A stretch of 61,623 nt of DNA, the filler included, from Hausera hauseri (lineage: Eukaryota), in NCBI GenBank assembly GCA_046269625.1. It is 12 parts of 12 records of this genome, joined end to end, with 100 filler letters (N's around TTAATTAATTAA, not from the genome) between each part and the next. Parts side by side here need not be neighbours in the genome. Positions count along the whole stretch, not along the records: positions 36,508 to 40,730 come from JBJURY010691771.1; positions 40,831 to 47,358 come from JBJURY010090876.1; positions 47,459 to 53,343 come from JBJURY010174417.1; 9 more parts are not named here. The stretch is one strand, 5' to 3'. A model generated the notes under the pieces. It was not told the origin of the DNA. It worked only from the letters and a program-made list of their open reading frames with translations, and made no database searches. This document shows positions 38,050 to 49,377 of the stretch, one piece after another (position 1 is the stretch's first letter; every line of letters starts with the position of its first letter). A program made the position numbers and the translations under genes.

Positions 38050-38603
38050 AATCCGTAAAAAAAACAAGTCAGCTTTACTCTCACCTTTTGAAATTCGTTT
38101 GTAGTATGTTGGGTTCCTGAAACCGTGTATAGGAAAATGAAATGAGAAAGGTTAAGTAAAGTTTTTAGCTTCTCAACTATTCAAAGGAGGTTTTTTTATC
38201 GATTACTTAGGTGTTGATATTAGTAAAAGGAGTAGTGTAATTGCACATTATAAAAATGCAAAATTCCAAAAAGAGTTTTTCATCCAAAATAATAAAAATG
38301 GCTACAATTATTTACTCAAGTATTTGAATGACTTAGACCACCCACAACTCATTTTTGAATCTACAGGTATCTATTCAAGAAGTATGGAACGATTTTGTTG
38401 TGTAAATCAAATTAACTATATTCAAATGAATCCGTTAGAAGCCAAATTTAAAACGAGCGCTCTAAGATCATGGAAAACTGATCAGGCAGATGCTCATAAG
38501 CTTGCTTGTTTAGGACCGACGCTCAAACAAACAGGCAGCTTACCTATACATGAGTTAATATTCTTTGAATTAAGAGAACGTGCCCGTTTTCATCTAGAAA
38601 TCG
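38050..38603 (+). mobile_element. Bacterial IS110-family element 5' part (staphylococcal ISSep2-like): non-coding leader plus DEDD RuvC-like domain
   Basis: Shine-Dalgarno AAGGAGG at 38184-38190, then ATC at 38198. Translates IDYLGVDISK...LIFESTGIYS...MNPLEAK...KTDQADAHKLA. Truncated at about 38603. Confidence 0.85.
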
Positions 38604-39536
38604 TTCAGGTCTAAGTACGTGTATGTCGTCACCCCAGATTTTCTTATCAAACATAACCGAATCAAGATTGGGAATTACTTGAGCTCCTCTAGGAATTATG
38701 TATTGTCCTAGAGTCGTCGTTTCTCCACAGACGCGTATCACACTCAGTGGTACAACACTTGTAACACGCTGAAGTTCTTTAATGAAAGCGTTCATGTATG
38801 GTAATTTATTACTGTCTGACATGGTGGGCTGTCTCTCAGTTCCAATTTCCTTCTCGATCTCACGGTAAACTTTCTCCTGAACTTCGGGATAGTGCAGCAA
38901 ATATAGAACACCCCACAGAATTGTATTAGCAGAAGTTTCTACGCCAGCGCCAAACAGGTCATAAATAACTTTCCTCAAATTTGCATCATCCATGGTGGTA
39001 GATTCTCCTGCGTTTTCTTTTTTGTTTTTGTAAAATATGTAGCTAGAAATGAAGTCGTTTAAATTATTTTCATCGATGGTCTCCGGTGTCTTGGCTTGGA
39101 TAAACGGCTCAAGGAATGAATACATTATATACTTTGCTCTGTGCTCCACTCTTTTGGCCTTAAAAATATCCCCGGGAAGTTTAAGCAAGATCGGGAAATA
39201 ATTGGCAAGATTCCGACCATCTGCATCTTCAACATTCATCCGAAGATTTTTTAAAACTTGGACAACATTTTTATCGTCATGCTGAAAAGTATGTCCAATC
39301 ATGATAGAACAGATGACGTTGGTGATGCTTGTCATAATTATGTCATGGATGTCTAAAGGATGCCCTTTGAAATTTGCAATGAGGTCGTTGTTGCTGGCAG
39401 CTAATTCTGAAATCTTCTGAGAAATGGAACTTTTACCCATACCAAGATCTCTTAAAATGGTCAGAGTTACATCCTTTTGTTCTTTCCATAAACCGCCATT
39501 AGAAAACACAATCCCTTTACCTGCTAAGCCAGTTGC
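38583..39536 (-). CDS. Cytochrome P450 (CYP2-clan-like) exon, truncated after PERF (no heme-Cys motif)
   Basis: GIVFSNGGLWKEQ, DLFGAGVETSA, ELQR and LRPERFLDENG. Splice acceptor tttcag just upstream (39542-39537). Confidence 0.88.
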
Positions 39537-40409
39537 CTGAAAGTATAGTTGAAGAAATAGTTTAAAACGTATGAAATAATTACGTATTTAATTAGTCATT
39601 ATTATCATCATGGCATTTGTAGATCGCCTGCTTGCCTGCTACTTTTAAATTAATGTTCAGACTTTCTTTGATGTCTTGTATCCATACAAGTAAAATTTAC
39701 ATATTCACAGCTAAAGAAGTACGAGGGAATATGTACCTAGAGTTGGCATTTTCCTTGACCAACTGATCATAATTGACTTCTGTGCTCAGCATAACGCCAA
39801 GCCAATTTTTCTTACTGAGAGAATTTTCTCTGCACACAGTTTGTGAAGCTGGTATTGAATCCGGAGCCGATTCGTTGGGAAACAATTCAACACCCAACAG
39901 GCTGGAATCAAAACTCACCACAGTTTGTCTCTTACATTTATCAAACTCAGTCATTAACTATAAACAGTTGAAGAAAGTGTTTTTTACTCCACAAACGTAT
40001 GTTTGCATCGCTACACGCCGAATGTTATCTTCTTCTTGTGTGTTTCTTTGATAATTTCGGTTGCATTATCATCTTCCATTAACAAGCCGTTTGTATGCCG
40101 TCCATGTCATTACAGCCCGCTCACAAGAATCTCTGTCTCGTGCTACTTTGTCTGTTGCTTTCAATGTAATGCTCAGATTACCTATAATAAGTTGTGCGAG
40201 GCTTATACGTGAAGCAATAAAGGCTACTTCTTGAACACTTTCACTGCAATCAAATAAAAACAATGCTGAATAAGAAATATAGCTGTCTGGCATCTATGGC
40301 TCCTAGCACCTGAAATCACCTGACATTTTTAACTAGCACTACTGTTGTCTGTCAGCAGAAAATTGATAATTGGCTAAAACCCCAGTACATTCAATTCAGG
40401 TATGAAATG

Positions 40410-40730
40410 AAGCATGGCTAGTCATGCTGCGAAGCGCAGGCCGACATGGTTCTCCATTTCTCGTAATACCTGGTGTCTCCAAACTTCTCTGCCGTTGACT
40501 TACTTCCGAGCGATTCTTGCAAACCATCCAGATATTTCATTCTTTGCCGTCCACTACTTCCTGGTTTTTGCCTGTGGTGACCAAGTTCTCCAGACCTTTT
40601 CTTAAAATATAACCAATCATAGATGGTTGTCTGTTTATGATCTTATTGATAAGGTTTCTTTCTGTGTCTGCTTCTTGTAAAACATCTTCATTTGTTCTCT
40701 ATGCTGTCCAAGGGATTTTCAACATTCTTC
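40410..40730 (-). mobile_element. RTE-clade LINE 3' remnant
   Basis: RMLKIPWTA*RTNEDVL.EA...R.LIN.I..RQ...GYILRKGLENLVTTGK...RMKYLDGL...WR.M. Confidence 0.75.
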
Positions 40731-40830
40731 NNNNNNNNNNNNNNNNNNNNNNNNNNNNNNNNNNNNNNNNNNNNTTAATTAATTAANNNNNNNNNNNNNN
40801 NNNNNNNNNNNNNNNNNNNNNNNNNNNNNN

Positions 40831-41565
40831 AGCACTTTATGGATCGATAGTGTTCCGGGTGCACTATCGATCGGCACATGTGCAATATCGATTTATCGAT
40901 CCAACCCTTCCGGGGGGTCTGTGCCCAAATCCCCATTTTCTCCCTACTTCCAGCCATCTCAGGACATGCTTAATTCTTTTAAATCTTCCACAATTGTTGA
41001 CGGCGTGGCTTTAGACACTTCCCAACCAAGTCATTCCGTAATAATTCGCGCGCCACCTTTACAACGGCAAGCGTTTAACAGTGTACATTCGCTACACCAC
41101 CTTGGAGCTAAGGCTACTTTTCGTTTACTCCGCCGACAGGTAATTTGGCCATCAATGCGTTCTTATGTGCAAGCGTGGGTTAAGGAATGTGTGGCTTGCC
41201 AGAAATTTAAAACCATAAAACATTTGAAGCCACCATTATATCATTTCCCTTGCACAACACGTTTCGAGTCCGTTCATGTTGATCTCGTTGGCCCTCTTCC
41301 TCCTGACAACGGTCATCAGTTCACTTTGACCATGATGGATTATTCCGCACGTTGGCCACACGCTGTCCTCCTACGAAGCACTAACACAGACACAATAGCC
41401 GACGTTTTCATACGCGCTTGGATAAGCAGATATAAATCCCCTAGATTAATAGGAGGAAAATTTGCTTTCGGTCCCACCTGGGGGGGCAGGGGTAATCGAT
41501 AAATCGATTTTGCACATGTGCCGATCGATAGTGCACAGTGTGCACTATCGATCCAAAAAGTACCT
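40831..41565. repeat. About 75-bp inverted repeat pair (40831-40912 and 41494-41565), rich in ATCGAT/GTGCAC palindromes; related direct repeats at about 41673-41770 and 42106-42200
   Basis: gcactatcgatcggcacatgtgcaatatcgatttatcgat is the near reverse complement of atcgataaatcgattttgcacatgtgccgatcgatagtgcac. Confidence 0.8.
40921..41432 (+). mobile_element. Ty3/Gypsy integrase fragment (HHCC plus start of core), flanked by inverted repeats
   Basis: HSLHHLGAKAT...WPSMR..V..WVKECVACQ.FK and RFESVHVDLVGPLP...DY..RWP.A...WISRY. Confidence 0.88.
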
Positions 41566-42249
41566 ACAATGGTGCCGCTAGGCGCCGTTGCTAAGGGCAC
41601 TCTCGCGCTTTTCACATATCGATCGCTGAACAGTGCAGTATTGATCGAATCGATAGGGGCAAAGTGCTAATCGATAGAGCACATCGAGGTGCATAGATTG
41701 GTGCACAGTGCAAGTGTGCAGCACATGTGAAAGTGTGCAAAAATCAATAATATTGGATTTTCGACATTTTAAAAATCGATCATGAGCACTCGGAACTGGG
41801 TGCAGTCGGTAGTGTACACGAAGTTTTATGTAAATGTGATGTTAGAATTTAAATCAATTGATTGGCTTTGAATGATTCGCAAGTGGGGCAGAACCGCCAT
41901 AGGCCTTTCAGCTATAAATTTTACATCAATGATATCAAAATGGCACATGTGCAGGCATGTGCAGTACTTGATGTAGTATCTATTAGTGCACAATTCGAGT
42001 GTGCTGTGTTTATTAATCGGTGTGCAGAAGCACTTTTTTACTTTACGCACTTTTGCCATTGTGCTGCGTAGGATTGATGGAATTGATCAAGTTCAAGTGC
42101 AGTTAGATAGAGCACATCGAGATGCACCTTGATGGGTGGTGTGCAGTGCAAAAACATGTGTGCAAGTATGCAAAAATCAATATTATCAAATTTCCGATAT
42201 TTCCAATAAGGATGATTAGCACCCGTGACAGGGCTCAATCGGAAGCAAT

Positions 42250-43176
42250 TTATAATGTAGTATATGAATGTGCAGTTCGAGGTGACAATGGACGTACCTT
42301 TTGACGAATAGGTCTTTGGTGTTGCGTTATGATGTGATGAAAAGTGCTGTTTGTAGGTGTGAATGTTCGGCCCTTCTGGATTAAGCGGGGGCATGAAGTG
42401 TGTATGTATTGCCGTAGACTTTCAGGCAATTGCGAGAGATTGGGTGATCGTGATGGTGTTGAGTCAATATGTGCAGTGACGAATGATGTTTGCGAGTTAT
42501 TGAAACCAAGGGAAATTTGATGTAGGATAGTAGTATTAAAAATAATGTTTGAAGAGGTAATTTTGTCTAGTGAATGTACCGAACCAACGCAATCGTAGTT
42601 GTAAAAACCAAATCTCAACTGAATATCGATATTATCATTAAAAAATTTACAAAATGAAAAATGCTTGTTGAAGAAGTTTGGATTACTTACAGGATTTTTG
42701 AGTATCGTCTTCCGTGGGAAGATTGTTTGCGTCTTAGTGGATATACTATTTATTCGCTCGGTAAGATATCCATTAGTGTTACTTTTCAGACATTGTTGTT
42801 TGCAATCAACAAAAAGATTATAATGGGGTAAGAAATCGGAACCTAGGATTGCTGTGCGGACGTTAGCGACGGTAAACGTCCAACGAATCGTTGAGTGAAA
42901 TTTTGGTAAAGTGAACGACAATTTAGATGTACCTAAAATGTCAAGCGGTTGTCCTGAAGCCGTAAATAACGATTTAGCTTTAAATGGTGAATTTTGTACA
43001 GGGAAAGTGAGTGGTAGCAAAGAAACCCCAGCGCCTGTGTCGATAAGGAAGTCTATGGATTGAGTTGTTGGTGTGGTTATCGAAGCCCTTAGTGTAAAGA
43101 CTGCAAAAGAAGTGTGTCGGCAGGTAGTATTAGAGAAGTTGCCTTTGCCAGACTCTGCCGTGAATACTGGCGGCAA
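42250..43176 (-). mobile_element. Ty3/Gypsy aspartic protease and pre-RT linker
   Basis: FLIDTGAGVSLLP, WTFTVANV..AILGSDFL.HYNL.VD and HHIIT...PI.QK.RPL. Confidence 0.88.
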
Positions 43177-43352
43177 AATTAGTTTTTTTGGATTGATGAG
43201 ATCGGCCGATTATTACTAGGGGAAATAGAACGTCTGTCGGTAGTATGGTTAGCGTTGTTCTTATAGTTGCAGCCTGAAAGGCATTTCTGAGCGTGGAATC
43301 CAAATTTCGTATGGTAGATGCAAACAATCTTGTCTGAATGTAAATTTGGAAT

Positions 43353-44302
43353 CTAATATCTACACCCTAAACAACATTTATTAGCTTTATTATGAAATTT
43401 GCTATGATAATAGCACACAAAGGATCGTGTAGGCGATGGTGACCTGTTTCTGGAAACAGAACGAGTATGATTATGAATAGGAACACTTCGTCGTGGTAAT
43501 GAAAGATCGTTCAACCTATTATTAATGTTATTTATTGTCTGTTGTAGTGCTAAATTTTCAGCGCGTAATTGGCTCAACTGTTGCTCTATTGTTGTATTGA
43601 GTTGATTGTCGCTTGTTGTGACCGCTGCTGATACAAATAATTGGGATTTCAATTGTAGCACTTCATGTGCTTTATCAACCAATTCCGCCAATTTATCCAA
43701 CGCCGTAGATTCCTCGACAACGGTAAGAAGTGCCCTAATTTGTATAGGCAACGCGTTTAAGAAATATCGTCGTAGAAGGTCTGAATTATGCTGCCTAGTT
43801 ACACCTAACGTTTAGAGGTGAGCCAACGACGTACGTGCTGAGGGATCAGTAATGTTGTTAGACTGCAGTCAAAGTTTGTGAAAGCTGAGCCATGTTTTGC
43901 TGGATTTTTCGTGATTTATAAAATATTCCGTGCACTGAGAAGAAGTGTGTTTGGCTGGCGGAATAGAAGATATATAACTGGTGAAAGTAGACGGCGTGGT
44001 TACGGTCGTTGATTTCTGGTGAAAGGCAAAATGTGATGGTTTAGAGGCCGTTTTGTCAGTGGTGTCAATGGTGAGTGAAGTGTCCATTCCACCACGTATG
44101 CGCGAATGTATATGGATAACGAGATATGGGGTCGAAGGAGAGAAAAAATTGCGCATATTGGCATTAACGAGTGGTAGAGTATTATTAGTTAAGTAAAGGT
44201 CTGAAAGAGCCATAAAATGTTGTATATATTTATATAAGTACAGTGAGTCTATATGGTATGTTATATCGTGCGTCAGTATTTATTATTTAATAAAAAATAA
44301 AA
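43353..44302 (-). mobile_element. Ty3/Gypsy gag with N-terminal ubiquitin-like domain (family 2, copy a), decayed
   Basis: FYFLLNN/ILTHDITYHIDSLYLYKYIQHFMALSDLYLT...LVIHIHSRIRGG|MDTS (44302-44088). Gag motifs KTWLSF...ITDP, FLNALPIQIRALL...LDKLAELVDK and the knuckle CYYHSKFHNKANKC. Confidence 0.8.
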
Positions 44303-44899
44303 CGAAAGGGGTGTCACAGGCCCTATTGAGTGGTGTGGCGATGGAAAAACCCGAGGTGTGGGACCAATTGGCATTGGACGCACTGTTAAGTAGTTGGTTA
44401 CGCTGTGATGTACTCGGAACTCAAGAGTATTTTTGCACACATGGCCAAAAATCTGAATCATCGAAGTAAATGGGCTGTAAGAAACAACCGCAACGGAGGG
44501 CGAAGTTTAAAAGGGGTGATGTTGTGTTGACGGCGGACATGTTGAGAACAAAAACATAAGAGAAAAACGGGAAAAGGGGATGGTTAATAAGAAGTAAATT
44601 AAAAAAATGGTTGCCTGACAAATAGAACGCAATGACAAATCTCACTTCGTCGTGCGCTGGTTTCTCCGCGGATGGCAGTATCGTTTTGCACTGTGGGCAC
44701 TGTAGATCGACTTTCTCACGTCGTGTCATCCTACGAGCGATCTTCGTACTCAACCACTCTGAACAAACCCACCGGTTCGTTATATATCGTCTGGTTTTCA
44801 TCGAATCTTGTCTGCTTGGCACCTTTTCACAGACGTCTGTAATCGATCTTTTTATACGCTTCACTCTGCAGTCTAATACTGATAAACTCACTATTTGAC

Positions 44900-45350
44900 A
44901 GCAGTTTTTGTTTATGTTGCAGCAGCTGCATGTACGGCGGAAAAGAAGTTGTACTCGATGTTGGTATATGATTAGCGTTCATTTTCTTAATTTTTTCCGT
45001 CTGGGAATAATCTTCACCAATGTACTTCTTGTCAATAGTGGACCAAAAATTAAAACGACTGCCTTCTTCGACTTGTGACCAATTCAGGCGCAAGACTGAG
45101 ACACTGTGAGACATGTGTTTGCGAAATTCCGTTGCTACAATATGGACGAGTTCATCTTCGGTAATATCTGCAAATCCTTTATTCGAATAGACTTTGTGTG
45201 ATTTAATCAAATCGGTAACCGCTCGAAATTTAAATCTGTGTAACACATTGGTTATATTTGAATGTTTAGTTTTGACAACAAGATCGTTGACAATTTCCAT
45301 CTCAATTTTGTTATCTCTGAGGAACTGTTTAAAGAAATCTTTTTGGTGTA
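44900..45350 (-). pseudogene. PRIM2: DNA primase large subunit fragment
   Basis: F.AV.DLI..HKVY..KGFA.I...ELV.IV..EFR..MS and Y.GEDYS...SFPPYM.LL. The Fe-S Cys of SFPPCM is replaced. Confidence 0.8.
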
Positions 45351-45359
45351 GAAAAGCAA

Positions 45360-47242
45360 TATTTAAACAAATCAACTTTTTGGTTAATAAACCAACAACT
45401 TAATTCGTCAGTACGAGAATGGATAGTAACAAAATAAAATTGTATTAAATGTCATTATGAACATTACTGCTATTGGTGTTCGTTTCATTTGCTCCATAAA
45501 AATATGGTTTAGAAGTGAAATTGATTGAAAGTTTGGTAAAGGCTTCCAAACGAGGAACTCCATCGTTGTACACAGAAATATTCAACGTCAAATCAGTCAA
45601 TTTAATGTTAAAAAACATTTGTATAAGAATGAGATTGCCGCTGAATATTTCCACAGAAAGTATTGATTGAAATTATTGAGTTTAAAATGCAGCTTTGAAT
45701 TAATACCGATATCACAATTCATGGCTGATATTTGAGCTATTCGTAAACCAGTATGGAAGTCCTTATTAATCTCGACTGACAAGGAATCGGGTGATGGAAA
45801 GATAAATTCTGGCACACAATCATTGACGTCTTCAATTATGATCGTCATATGATAGAGTCTAGATAGTTGAGGTTTTCTGTCATCTTTCCCTATGGCACAT
45901 ATTTTGTATTCGTCCTTCAGTTCTCGGTCGAAAGAATTTATTGTCCACAGATGCATGGAATCAAGAGAAAAATACCCATGAGTGTTCAACAAACTGATAT
46001 GCGATTTACTGTCAGTTTCTTCATCGGCATCAACGAACTTAAACTGAAATATGTTATTGCATTTCTTTGTATTTTCCGGAATGGCAATTTTCCCATCAAT
46101 AAGCTTAACTATTTCTGGAGCATTGGCGTTCAAATTTATAACATTTACGGTAAAATATACGAAAGATGATTTTGGAATTAGCGACAAATCAAACACTTGG
46201 ATTTTAAGAAAATACAGTTTGTTTTCTTGGTAATCCAACGGTTTCTTTATGAACAGTTCACCAGATGTGGAAATGAGAAAGGACGTATCACTATGACTAT
46301 TGTTTACTACAGATAATTCCAGCTGATCGTTTTCCTTAATATCTGGATCAATCGCTTGAAAGTAAAACACGGGATCGTGATAAATGGTGTTCTCTTCGAT
46401 AGAAATGGACTAGAAATTCTTCACGTTTACAAATTCCGGAGTGTGATAGTTTTCATCTTGAGCCAATACGAGTATTTTGGCCGTAGCAGAAAGCGAGACC
46501 AGACCGTTATCGTGGCAATGAAGAAAAATACTGTAGAATGTCTTTTTCTCCCGATCTAATGAGAGCAGAGTGGTGATTTTGAACGTGTCGTAGGCATATT
46601 AGCGAAAAAGGAACGATAATTTGAAAGGCGAAATGGTGTCATCGGTGGAAATGTTATAGGATATTACTGAATTTTGGTCTTTATCTTGATCTTCAATGGT
46701 GAACATTGTTAACAGATTATTCAGTGGTCTGTTTTCGGACATGAAATAAACAGAATCGACATTAATATTTGGGACATTATCATTTATATCTAATATATAA
46801 ATATCCATTGTCAGTGTGTTGCTTTTGACTGGGATTCACAGTCTTTAACATTAATTATTAAACAAAAATGATCGATCTTTTCTCGGTCTAATTCCGATTT
46901 TACTTGAATATCTCCAGTTTGATCATCAATCGAAAAGTATTCTGTTTTGTCTTTGGCATTTTCTTGAAGAAAAAATGTCAGTATATTGTTCTTTCCTTTG
47001 TCTAAGTCGAGAGACTGTACTTTGAATATGATTTGGGCGATACTGGTATTTTCGGCTAAATATATATTTTCATATTGAGTGATTGACATTGTAATTGGTT
47101 TCATAATGAACGACAACTTGTCTATAAATCCAATAGTTAACATATTTTTTCGTACGGACTTCTGACACCATTGTTGTTTCCCAGTGAAGGCAGGAATTTT
47201 AAATAATTCCATTACGACAGATAGCAAAATCCAAAAGAGCAT
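45360..47242 (-). pseudogene. Protocadherin/cadherin-repeat membrane protein, decayed and internally deleted
   Basis: Signal peptide at 47242. Cadherin motifs DLDKGKN, LDRE, DINDNVP, AIDPD, PLDY and DVNDCVPEF. Hydrophobic TM-like segment near 45440-45370. Confidence 0.82.
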
Positions 47243-48619
47243 ACAAATTTATATATATTTCTGACTTAAAAATTTTAAATATATAATCTATATACACAAG
47301 TTGATATATATTAATTTAATTGTCACTATGTTTTGTCATAGCAGTTCCATGAATAAAANNNNNNNNNNNNNNNNNNNNNNNNNNNNNNNNNNNNNNNNNN
47401 NNTTAATTAATTAANNNNNNNNNNNNNNNNNNNNNNNNNNNNNNNNNNNNNNNNNNNNAAGAACCGTAATATTAGTACAACATCTGATATAAACTAACAC
47501 TTTCTGATACACGCGTTCTATCATAATTTGAGTCATGATCTCCAATCTGACATCAAAGTTTATGAAGTCAATTCCTCTGTCAACGTAACACTAATAATTA
47601 AGTGTTTTCTGATTGCCTTTTGTCCTTTTTCCTTTTCTTTTTCATTTCCCGGGAATGTCTGAAATTATCTATTAATTGACTGGTTCTCGATAACTCAAGG
47701 AAAGAACATATAAACTTATACCTATTCAATCTTTTCCCATTTCTATTATGCACTTCCATATGTGTGATTTTCTTAAATGAAAAATAACGCAATACTTGCG
47801 AAATGAAATAATGCATTTGGGACGAAATCGTTTCTTGTATTTTCAGAAGCATTTTTCCGGCGAAATTTTTGTCATTTTCCGGAGAGATTTCATACACATA
47901 TCCTTTGGAATTTCTTACATCATTATAAACGATTCCTTATTTGATTTCTTCCATAATAGCGTAAAATCGCCATATTGTCGATTTGGTACAACACAGCATT
48001 TTATGAACAGTACGTTCAAAATTTTAATTTCAATATTCCAATTTTATCAATTCAATTTTAGTGATTAAATTCACTATAGTATCTTTAAATGTGTACTTGA
48101 ATATTTTGTCATTTGTATCGTGTCAGTTAAACTGTTTAAAAGAAGGTTTCGAATTTGTTGATAACTTGAATAAAAGTTTGAATTCTGATGAAGTAATAAG
48201 TAAAATAAGTTCGGATAGACAGCAATCGAAAATGGGCGAAATGTCGTCAACTGATTTTAAACCATCAGCATATGTCTGTAAAAGACTAGGATAATGATGA
48301 GAATTTTCCTTTTTATTATTGATGTAGTATATGTTATAGAATTTGACATATATGAGTCGATATATTTTCTATACATACTCTTTAATTAAAAGAATGCGAC
48401 CACCAAACGAATAGATGAATTAAAACCGATTTAAAATTTTCCAAAGTTCCAAGGCGTTGGCTAAGCTAGACAAGCTAACACACTGTGAAGCTGACGTCAT
48501 GATAATAATAACGCATAAAATACTCTCGTTATTTTTGATTTTGTTGAAAACAGATTTTTTAACGTTCTTTGTGTACAATTGAAACTTGCTGTTTTCAGCA
48601 CATCTTTTTTCGATATTTT

Positions 48620-49066
48620 AATATTCCCGTTATTTTGTACACAATTGCAGTTTGCTGTCTTTATATATCTTTTGCCATCTGATTGAAATTTGAAATGGAA
48701 ACGATATTAATTACTTTCAATGAGTTGTCACATGAGTTGTTCACATTATAACAAGGATCTTTAGTAATCTTGACTTTGGTTGCAAAGACGAACTCTATTG
48801 TTTCCGTTATCTTGAATACAATTGTAGTCTTCTGTTTAACATATTTGCTATTTTGATACCATTTCAATATTTTGCGAGCAATTACGGTTTGTTGTTTGGA
48901 TATTAACATCTGTTATTTATCGTCAACTTTTTCTTGATTTTAAATGCGGTATCTAATATTCATTTATCAGATTTGGATTTAACAAATTTGTAATGCTCCT
49001 TTCATATCGCCTGGTCACCGTCATAATTCCCCCGTCCCCGCAAATGCCGCCAGGAGTTGTTTGCAT
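48620..49066 (-). repeat. Deleted/rearranged duplicate of the LRR-gene segment at 52170-53333
   Basis: Shared blocks: 48622-48658 with 52172-52207, 48906-48982 with 52215-52293, and 48982-49066 with 53250-53333. Confidence 0.75.
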
Positions 49067-49258
49067 TCACAATTATTTTAGCACATTTCATTTTTATATC
49101 ATACATTCAACAAATCCAACCTTCAACAACCCGATTTTTGATGCAAACAGCACAACCAAACATGCACACGTATTTACACTCATACATACACACACCTATA
49201 TATTTATATATTATATACACTATATACATTTTTTATATCCACCTATACATCTCCCGTT
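49066..49258 (-). mobile_element. Possible polypurine tract and 3' LTR start
   Basis: The minus strand reads aacgggaga|TGT at 49249, just after an RHAGRRVLEPDRL pol-tail-like peptide. No matching second LTR was found. Confidence 0.3.
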
Positions 49259-49377
49259 GAAGTTCGACCGGATTCCCCAACTAAACGGTCGGGTTCCAAC
49301 ACCCTTCTTCCTGCATGTCGAAATTTTCTGTCAACCTTTTCTTCTGACCATATAGGCACCTTTCTAACTGTAGTTGT

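Noticed and set aside
38050-38603. Horizontal transfer of IS110 into an animal genome
   Set aside because: An undegraded bacterial fragment with a junction at a ~21-nt dual-match overlap points to a contaminant chimera. Not supportable without reads.
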